Shown here: positions 54,230-64,000 of the stretch, piece after piece | Position numbering within the stretch: the stretch's first letter is position 1 | Layout: each line of letters begins with the position of its first letter | NCBI RefSeq assembly: GCF_009914755.1 | Contig: NC_060929.1 | Source of the DNA: the human T2T-CHM13v2.0 reference genome, Homo sapiens | DNA length: 64,000 nucleotides | Strand: one strand, 5' to 3' | Position numbers and translations under genes: made by a program | The notes under the pieces: generated by a model | Told to the model about the DNA's origin: nothing | The model's database searches: none | Seen by the model: only the letters and a program-made list of their open reading frames with translations

Positions 54230-56604
54230 AGGGGATGTATATGCATGTGTCTTCGGTAAAGGCTCACCTCTTCTAATTTAGTAAGGAGTGCAATTCAAAG
54301 GGCAGGAATGAGAACAAGAGAGGTGAATCCAAAAAGGAGTGATTTCTGACCCAGGGAATATCAGGTTGGGGACAGCTTGATGATACTAATTGCTTCATCT
54401 CTCAAGGATCTAAAAAAAGAAGTCATATAAGCTGTACCTTGGGACATCCATCCAGCAGTGGCTAGAGCAAGAGGTGAGTGAGGTTGAGATGATCTGAAGT
54501 GTCTGAGATGATAAGATATGTCTGATGCAAGATCCTTCTTGATATTATTTATAAATTTTAATATATACACTATCCCACAACTTACTTTTTAAATGTACTA
54601 TTATTTACATTAGATAACTTTTCTTATCTGCATACAGATCTTTCTTATCCCATAGGCTACGTAGTAAAGAAAGAAATTTTAGGTTAGAAGATAAATTCGA
54701 AGATTATATTATATTTTACTTTTCTTCTTTCTTTGCTTTTTTTGACAAATAATGACACTTTAAGTCATTTAGGGAAAGGTTAAAAGAACAGAGCTTGATC
54801 ATTTCGCTTAAAGCTAGGGAAGTTTGACATGTCACTGAACTTTTAATATTTACTCGACAGTTTTGCATCTAATTATTAAAAATATGCTCAGCTCTGTTTG
54901 GCACATGTTTCTAATTTACCAGTATTTTATTTTGTGTATTCCTAGGGAAAGAAATTCTACTTCTTTTAAATCAGAGAAGCATGGCTGTGATCACCCTTGT
55001 GAAGTTAAGACAGGATACTTTAAAACAGTATTTAAAAATGAATACCTAACATTCCACCAATGTTGCCCTCAACTCTTTGCTGGCCAGTTTGTCTCATTAG
55101 TCATATTCTTCCCTGGAAACAGGAAAGGAGGGCAGAAGGAAAGAAGGAAGAGTTGGAGGATACCGACTGATAAGAAGGAAGAGAGGGAGGGAGGAAGTTT
55201 GTTTTCGTGACCATTATTAGATTAGTCTAGTTTTACAAATGGCCCGACTTAGTTTAGCCTTTCACTTGAATGGGATATTCAAACTAACCTTGTGCTCCCA
55301 TCTAAAGGGTCAGTCTAATTCACATGAGAAAACACTCTGGGTTTGCCAGCTACTTGGTTAGCAACACTACCCTGTGTGCTTATATAGATAAAGGTCTACT
55401 CCAAGGAAAACTGGAACTGCTTTGAGTCTTTGGGAGGACTCTAAAACAGCCCCACGGTCATTTGACACATTTGGAATTTTAACAAAGAAAAGTTGAAAGC
55501 AAAGCAAAAGGAAAAGAAGTTTTCCAGGCAGACAGCAAAATGGGCAAGAGATTAAACCCTTTTCTGACCTCTCCCTAAAAGATTCTGATTCTACCAGGCG
55601 GTGGTAAACAAGGAAACTGTACAGCTTTAATTTTATGAACACTCCTAAGCAGTGGAACAAAGCACGAATCTCTGAACATCATGTTTCCTTTGATCCTCAC
55701 CAATGAGCAGAAACTTCTTAGCAAGTATGTTAAAATCCAGGTGAGCACTGTGACCTTTCATGGGAGTTTTTCAATACACTAACCATTTCTGCAAGGATGA
55801 TTGCCATTGCACGTCAAGTGTTACAACTTTGAAGCAAGTGAGTTTAAAGAAAAACTAAGAAAAAAAATCGAAGACAAAAGGTTGATGAGGCAGGGAAGGG
55901 GTTAAATTTCCTGGACTAGAAATAATTTTTTCCATCAGAAAATATTTAGAGGTAAGGAAGGGGTTACCCATACCTTTGTCTTCTTAGCTCCTTTTTGTAA
56001 GTTCGTTCCTTTTCACAGGTAAACGTCTAGAAACAAGATGTTATTTACTTCGTAGGAATGTGTTCCCAATGTCGGATTCAGCTGTGGCTTCTCTTTAAGA
56101 CAAATAGGGCTAAATGAAGAGCAACATATTCAGTGTTATGCATGCCAGGTATATGCAGTATATAAAAAGGAAGATAAAATACAAATGCTTGCTTTTATTA
56201 TTCTAAATTACAGTCAGATGATTGGTTAAATCACAGTAGCTTGAGACCTGAACTGTGGTGAAACTGTCAAAAAAGGCAACTATGCTCTTTATTGTGTTAT
56301 TCAAAAATATTTTAAAATGTATTTGATGTCTGTATTCTAGGTATATAAAAGGCGTTTCAGAATTTTTGCTGTTAGATATTAAGATAAAGAAAAGGGAGAA
56401 ATGTGCATTGTTTTGACTGTAAATAATGAGAAAATAGTCTAAAAAGGCCTGTCTCTCAGAAACAAAGTGAAGAAAACTGCATCTGAATGAAAGAGGTAGG
56501 AAAATGCAATCAGCAAGTTTGCCAAACAGGAGGAAACATCCCATTTGTCTAACTACTTAACTTTCTTCAGGTTTCTTCTATCTTCTATCTTCTAACACAC
56601 ACAC

Positions 56605-56699
56605 CATATATGTATATATGTTTGTGTATCTCTCTCTCTATATATATGTGTGTATATATGTATAGTATGTGTATGCGTGTGTGTGTGTGTGTATGTGCA

Positions 56700-56726
<27 letters not shown>
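56605..56726. repeat. (TA)/(TG)n compound microsatellite
   Basis: Direct reading. Confidence 0.9.
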
Positions 56727-56731
<5 letters not shown>

Positions 56732-56929
56732 GGTGGAAAGCATGGCTTAAATCCCAACTCACATACTTAGGAGCTTTGCAACAGTATTTCTAACAATATT
56801 CCACGCACATCTCCTCTCAGTTGTCTGCTTCCTAACCTGTAGAATGGTAAAAATAGTCTTTCACCTTTATTTTAGAGGGCTATTCTGGGCATTAGACAAG
56901 ATAACATAAAATATAATGTGAAAAGTTTG

Positions 56930-57150
56930 GTTCCAAAGTCACATTTTGGGAACTTGATTCCAGCCTCTCTACTTACTGCTGTGTAACATGAACAATTGAC
57001 TTATTCTTTCTGTGTCTCAGTCTCCTCATCAGTAAAATGAGATAGTAACAGTGGCCCTTCATAAGGTTCTCAGTGAATTTAACTTGTTTAACAGTCATCC
57101 ATATTTCAGAGAATTCCTTGGCACAGAAAGAACTCAGTAACTTAGTTGTC
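56930..57150 (+). mobile_element. MIR SINE (a second MIR remnant lies just upstream, ~56730-56920)
   Basis: CTACTTACTGCTGTGTAAC...TCTGTGTCTCAGTCTCCTCATCAGTAAAATGAGATAGTAACAG. Confidence 0.78.
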
Positions 57151-58765
57151 TACCTTTACTGCCAGCATCACTGTCGCCATTACACAAAAGTACCTAGCAG
57201 CATACCTGGTATGAAGTAGGTAAGCACTGAATATTTGTGGAAAAACCCAAGCGATCTTACATTTGGGTTTTTATTTTAATGGGATATGCCTTTGTTATTC
57301 TTTGTCATGAATCAATTATATATTATGGAAGGCAATAGTCATGCTATTTTCCTCCAGTAAAATAATTCTATAACCCTTCATATCTGCTCTTTTGGCCATA
57401 TATTCTCAGTATTACGTAAGCCAAGACAGCAGGTTGAAGCAAAAATAAATTTGGTAAAACTATTAAACTACATCATCCAAATCAGTGGAGATAAATGAAA
57501 AAAAAATTCCTCTATGTCTCCTCCCTAGTGTAGAGTTTTTATTGATTTCTCATTTCTTAACTTATATGAAGCCTTGACTTTTCTGTTTTTTCTTCTCTAT
57601 TAAATTAAGTATGTTACAAATTCTGTTAAAGACAAGCCATCTGGAAAAAGGGAAAGGCTACTGGCAGTAAAGTCTTAAAAACCTTTTGTCCCTCGTTCAG
57701 ATTCAGACAAAACTAACATCCCAGGACCTACCTATGTTTCTGTTGGGGAGCTAGGCAATTTAATTTAAATTATCTTTTTAAATGATATAACATCTTGCAT
57801 ATTTAACAAAGAAAGCAAGTGACTTGCCTAGGATTACCTTTTTGGTTACTTAGGGTAATTAGCAAAGTTAAGACAAGAACTTCATCTTCTGTGGTAAATT
57901 TCTGTCTTTCCTCTACTCCATTAGGCTCACTTATAAAGTAGAGAAAAATATACCTGCTCTATGAGGCCTTGGGGTTGTCGTGAGAGTTTTATTATTATTA
58001 TTAATTAGTAATATTAATCAACATAATAAAAAGATATTAATTACTGCAAGACACTATAAACAAATGGAGTAATAATATCAAAATGAATTCCAAAGACCTA
58101 TAAACATTTTTGTCTTTATTGAAAACTTCTTACAATTATTGAGAAAAAGATGGTAAATGAGGTTTGAAAGTAATCTTTAACGTGGATATTATTATTAAAT
58201 CAATATATTTTAACTACGAAATCTGTGAATACATATTGACATAGAAATGATTTTATTCTCTAGAACCATGCAGATGGTATATTTTCCTTGCATCACATTC
58301 TGCAAGAATATTTCAGATGGTATGTTTTCTTTGCCTTTGAAGAATTAGCTTCTGTTTTTATAATATTAGTAAAGCTGTACTACAAGAGATTATAAAGAGA
58401 GGGGAAAATTTATTATAAAGAGAGGGGAAAATTTTATAGCTCTCTATAAAAAGTGAACCCATTTATCTTCCAAGTCATAATGAGCTAGTTTAAGAAAGGC
58501 CTTTGAACTTACCTCTGGCAAGTGGAAACATTAACAAGCTGGTTTTGAGAAGAAGCTTTTGAACTCCTGGCAAGTGGAAACATCAGTCCTGACATATCAT
58601 CAGGAAAGCTCAGGTCAAAAGTGCAGCAGCAGGAAAGTATTTCCACCCATGTTTCAGAAATATCAACATATCTGCATGAGCTATCATGTTCATGAATATT
58701 TCTGTCAATTTTCGAGGAGCCTTCATATCCAAAAATGGTCAAAGATTATATCAGTATGGCTCAGG

Positions 58766-59006
58766 GCAATATTTTTCAAACTGCAGATTGCAACCCATTG
58801 GCAGTCATGAAAGCAATTTAGTGGGTCTTACCCAGCATTTTAAAATAATGACATAGAATAGAATAAATAAAAAATATTAGCAGAAACCCAGTAGTAAGGA
58901 TAAATATTGTTTGTAAGACTTCTGCTTCGGGTGTATGTTTTTTCTGTGTTTTATTATAAAATGCACTTCTTACTGTGAGCTGTAATCACAAAAGCAGAAA
59001 AGCACT
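58766..59006. mobile_element. MER112-like hAT-Charlie MITE (second fragment near 60326-60385)
   Basis: TTTTCAAACTGCAGATTGCAACCCATT..CATGAAAGCAATTTAGTGGGTC...GTAGTAAGGATAAATATTGTTT...CTTACTGTG. Confidence 0.75.
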
Positions 59007-59792
59007 GGTCTGGTAATATGAATTCTGATGTGTTTGGACAAAGATGGGGAGACAAAGGGCTTTGGATCTAAAGTCTGAACCGGAGAAACTGCAGAATTAT
59101 ATTGCTTCTAACACATTCTACTTCAAAGAAGGATAACACGTAAGGGAAAAGATGGCGATAAGGATTAGTTACCCTGTGTAATTTTCTTAGGTAAATTCTA
59201 GGAGCTATGAAATCATTTCTTCAATTTTTAACTTTAGCAACAAATTAATATTTTCTCCTTTAAAAGGGCAGTGGTGGTTTAGAAATCAGAATAAGACACC
59301 TGTATCTACCTGCCACATTTTCTTTTGCCTTCAGAAACTGCTGCAGGAGATCCTGTACTTTGTTGTCCATAGAGAATTGCATTGTTTTGCAGTTTATACA
59401 GTACTTTAAGCCTCCAGAAGAATTCCATGAAAGATATCAACACTTACCTTTACTTTAATTACTTCTCATCCATTCACGTAATGGGAGTCACTTGACATTA
59501 ATGCTAGCTAATAGCTTCAAACAATTGCACTTGAGGTGGAGGAAAGCTTGAAATAGCTTAAAGAAAGTCAAATTAAGATAACTACAGTCAACTCATTCAG
59601 TTCACGTGAGTTTGCTTGTAAACTTCTCTAGAGGGAACAGGTGTTGGCTGGCTGATGACAACTATCCTTTACAGTATTTTATTAAATACTATAAAATATG
59701 CACGGATTAATTTGTACACAGTTGACATGGGGCAATTTTAATATTTGTTCAAACATGATTCAAATACCTAAAAAGAAAATATTATTCTGGAA

Positions 59793-59993
59793 GAGCACTG
59801 TCCAAAAATCTTTCTGTGGTAATGGAAAGCTCTGTATCTGTATTGTCCAAATGGTAGCCAGTAGCCACATATGGCTTGTGAGTAGGTGAAATGTGACGGG
59901 TATGACTAAGAAACTGAAGTTTCAGTTTTATTTAATTTTAATACAAATTTAAATAGCTACATATGGCTAGTGCTAACATACTGGAAAGCACAG
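59793..59993 (+). mobile_element. MER3 hAT-Charlie MITE
   Basis: AGCACTGTCCAA...GGTAGCCAGTAGCCACATATGGCT...; 8-bp TSD TTCTGGAA/TTCTGGAG. Confidence 0.88.
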
Positions 59994-60574
59994 TTCTGGA
60001 GTCTTTCACTTTCATGCTAACTCAAAACACATGAAAATTGTTCTTTTTTTATTAATGTCTCAAAAATGAAATTATTCATTTATGACAGGGTGACTTGACT
60101 CCATCTTATTATTCACTCTTTTCAAGTCATCCCCCCTACTTGAATTTCTTAGTGGTGTCTTACACGTAGTAAGTACTCAATAAACATTAGCCACTACTCT
60201 TGTTACTGCTATTATTACTTATACAGAACCTACCTTTTCCCCTAAATTAATCCTCAAAACTTCCATTTATCAGGATGTATTGAGGATCTGTTTTGATGAA
60301 TTCAGACATATAGGCATTATTAGGGGAAATGTTTTTCAAACTGCAGATTTATAGCCATTAGTGTTTCATAAAAACAATTTAGCATATAAGCATTGTTATA
60401 TTAATTATGTTTTTGCCAATAACACTTATAATTAAAACTTGTTTTACTAAATATTTTTAAGGTAATCTATGGTAGGTGCTAGGTGGATAAATTGTTTCTA
60501 ATTTCCTTGGGCAAATCCTTTCACCTCCTTGGACCCAAGTGTATTCATTTATTAAGTGGAAAATGGACTAGACC

Positions 60575-61145
60575 AAGTATCACAGATGTAATGCCTACAG
60601 GATTCTGGCAGTCGCTCAAAAAATAAAGCAGGCTAAGTATAAGACTGTAAGGTATTAGTATAGTTTGAATGTTTGTGTCACTCTAAAACTCATGTTAGAA
60701 CTTAAACCCTAAAGTGATGGTATTAAGAGGTGGGGCCTCTTGGGGGGTGATTAAGTCATGAGAGCTCTGCCCTGATGAGTGGATTAATACCCTTACAAAT
60801 AGGCTACTGAAAGTGTTCAGCGTTTTTTGCCCTTTTCATCACTTCTGCCACAGAGGGACATAGTGTTTGTCCCCTCAGGATTACACACTGTTCAAAGCAC
60901 CATCTTGGAACCTTAGACTTCCAGCCGCCAGCACTGTGAGAAATATATTTCCATTGCTTATAAATTACCCAGTCTCTCATATTTGTTATGGCAGCACAAA
61001 TGAAGATAGGTATGGAGGAATATGTATCAAACTGGAGAATTCATGTCCCACCTAAAAAAGAATAATGCCACTCAGTTTCAGCCAAATTTTGACCCTGGGT
61101 TCATAAATGCTTTAGTTTTTCAAGATAAGCCAAAAATTTAGATGA
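60575..61145. mobile_element. MER102-like hAT element split by the MST LTR
   Basis: AATGCCTACAGG...AAGCAGGCTAAGTATAAGAC and AACTGGAGAATTCATGTCCCACCTAAA on either side of the LTR. Confidence 0.5.
60657..61008 (+). mobile_element. MSTC/MSTD MaLR LTR
   Basis: TATAGTTTGAATGTTTGTGTC..AAAACTCATGTT...GTATTAAGAGGTGGGGCC...TAAATTACCCAGTCTC..TTGTTATGGCAGCACAAA. Confidence 0.85.
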
Positions 61146-62535
61146 TTCCTGAAGCTAAATTCACTAAAAATTAATGTGAGTAGAGTGAATTTTTAGGTAT
61201 GGGTAAATTATATTTCAATAAAGCTATAAAAACATAATGTATGATCCTAAGAATCAGCAACTTCTAGACTATTTGATCTTTAAAATTCTTTCTAGTTCTG
61301 CTACTCTGGCCTTTCTGACACCTCTTCATGCGTATTTTTTGAACATTTTAGAAGTGTTTGTATCTGAGAAAGAAGTATGCTTCAAGGAAGCACTTTTTGA
61401 AGAAAGACAGCTAATTTAGCAATGATTCTACCCTTTTAGGCCTAGGCAGCAAGAATTTGGAAGTATAAACTCACTAAAGGAAAAGGACTGAAGAAGCAAA
61501 TAAAATTTTGAATCGAAAAGAGTGAGGTGAGAAAAAATATCCAAGTGAACAAACAGCATGAGGCAAAGGCAAAGAAGAAATACTCTGATTACTCCATAGC
61601 CTTTCAATGTTTTTCAAGGACATTTGCATATTTCCCAAATCTCATTCTTTTGAAAATACTGAAATGCATGTTAATTTACACTTGTCTGGAAATAGATCAT
61701 ATTCTAAACCATGAATAGTAGGTAATTACAAACTAGAGCTTTAACCAATTTCCAAGAAGGTGTTGATAAAAATCATCTAAAATGGGGTTTTTAGCCCAAT
61801 CCTGAACCACCCCCTACTTGAGGCCTCACTTCAGTGCTCTGTACACATATGGGGCAATTACATCTGGAAGACAATGAAGCAGCAACTTGGAGCTCTAATT
61901 AAAGACAGAAATGGGAGCACAGGATTAAAGCCAAAATTAAAGGGGTCTATTTTCATTTGAGTTGTACATTTTTCCAGTATCTTCTACCCCAGTTCTAGCC
62001 CAACCAATTTACTGAAAAGTATGTAATTCAGAAACAGATGAAAACTTAGTCATTATTTTAAATACTGTTAAGTACTGGGTGCTATTAACTAGTGGGTAGA
62101 GCTATGGAAAATTCAAGTTCTGACCAACACTGTCCCATGCTCTGTATAAATCATAGGCAATCAGTGACCATAGTTAGTTACTAGACTCTTTTTTCTAGAT
62201 GCTAACTAAACAATTGCTTAGTGGCCTCCAGAAATACCCTGCACTATCCATTCCAACTTTTCCAAAGAAACTGATTTTTATGTTCTACTTGATATTTACT
62301 AATCAGTGATAAATTTCAAAACTAAATAAACTGAGGCAGAATTATATACAAAATTGGGAAGTTAAAAATAATTATGCATCATTGGCTTTCACCTTTATAA
62401 ACTCAAGAAAATGAAAATAAGGGCTACGTACTTTGAAAACAAATTTTCTCTTGTAACTCTATAAGTCTATAAATGCATATATATATGTATGTATGTATAT
62501 ATATCACCTAAGTAATTCTGTTATTCAAGACTATC

Positions 62536-62834
<299 letters not shown>

Positions 62835-64000
62835 TCATGATAGTATTTTAAATATTACATTGTTATTTATCTTACACACAATTTAGTGGAAATCATTGAT
62901 TCCAATTTTTAAAAATTATTCTAATTCACCTTACTTATCCAACAAAGAAATGTTTACATAATTGTTTCCACTTCTTAAAATACTATCTGACACATTAAAA
63001 TTGTAGTATTTACTTTGGCAGTTAAACTAGTTTTTTAAAGTCACTACAGATGAAAAATAAAGAAAAAAAGATTAACATTGCCAATTTATTTTTGTTTTAA
63101 ATAAGAATGATGTTCAGATTTGATCTTAAAGTGTCCTTTAAGAGACATCATAGGAACACCTAAAATATATTTCTTAGGGGTTGTCTTATGAGTGCTCATT
63201 AACAGCAAATGCTATACCCATGGTTTTTTTTTTTTAATAAAAAATGGAGATAATAAGTGATGTCATTACTACTATCACTTTCTGGTAAGAGGCGTTGGCT
63301 ACCTGCTTTACTTCTCCAGGTAAGGATTACTCATTTCCTCTGACATCTGCAAATGTTCTTTACTTTAGGTGACACAATCTGTTGCTGCAGTAACTTCTCA
63401 CAATGTATCAAAAGGCTATAAATCAAGTGGATTCAGTACCAACTCTACTTTTGCAATGACCTAGAGCTACTGTTCCTCAAGTCTTCCAGTGCTCCAGTTT
63501 AGAAAGCCTGGTATATGAGGTTGCCAACCAACGATCTATTAAAATATATTAAGCAATCATTCATCTCCCATATTCACCCAGCTACACAGATTTGCCTCTT
63601 GCTGAGATCAGAAAGTACTCTTGCTGCAGAACTGTGAATTACTTTGGATGGCAGAGTTCTTTGACTGTGTACTCCATCTTTTCTTAACAAGTTAAATGAG
63701 GCGATAAGTAGCACAGAAGTTTAGAATAGGAAATAAAGGAATAGAAAAGCCGGATTGGCTACTTCAGTTGATAAAATTCCTCTTCTTTGTGGCGTTAAGA
63801 TTCTCAAAAATGTTAAATTTGAATTTTGAGAATAATCTCCATATGAGTTTTCCTTTAAATGCACTATGAAATTATACTCAAAAAGACATGGTTTTTGAGT
63901 TACTTTGCTATTTGCAGTAAAATGGGCTGCAAGGTGGGGCTAATGGGTTTTATTTTTTCTATGATTTTACTGAATTTTCTTCCTGTCCTTTTACATCAGT

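Noticed and set aside
54440-54480. Isolated donor GAG|GTGAGT (also lone donors near 30502, 46942, 55741)
   Set aside because: No convincing paired acceptor or reading frame; such hexamers are common by chance.
58271-58583. CRISPR-like repeat-spacer array
   Set aside because: Each repeat occurs only twice, the three repeats are unrelated, the context is primate genomic DNA and there are no cas genes.

Overview
Primate (probably human) AT-rich intergenic or intronic DNA dominated by interspersed repeats. I recognise no host protein-coding exon, RNA gene or CRISPR array, and I cannot place the locus. The main element is a near-full-length, inactivated L1PA3/L1PA2-type LINE-1 (20500-26638, 15-bp TSD). 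It has three oddities: a 5' end lacking the YY1 site but carrying an extra G, a probable 13-nt 3' transduction, and a 111-nt copy of its own ORF1 (RRM) inserted in-frame into ORF2 beside the RT0 PGPDGF motif. That copy shares this element's private ORF1 frameshift, pointing to in-cis templated insertion. Other repeats: a truncated L1PA5/6 with an in-frame templated triplication, two long ancient L1M remnants, about 14 Alu/FLAM copies, solo LTRs (THE1D x2, MSTB, MER57, MER50/LTR27-like, LTR33-like, MLT1), MIR/L2 and hAT MITEs. Unique stretches hold many short paired duplications, a few candidate lncRNA splice signals and some TF-motif clusters. Subfamily names come from recalled consensus sequences and need RepeatMasker/Dfam confirmation.
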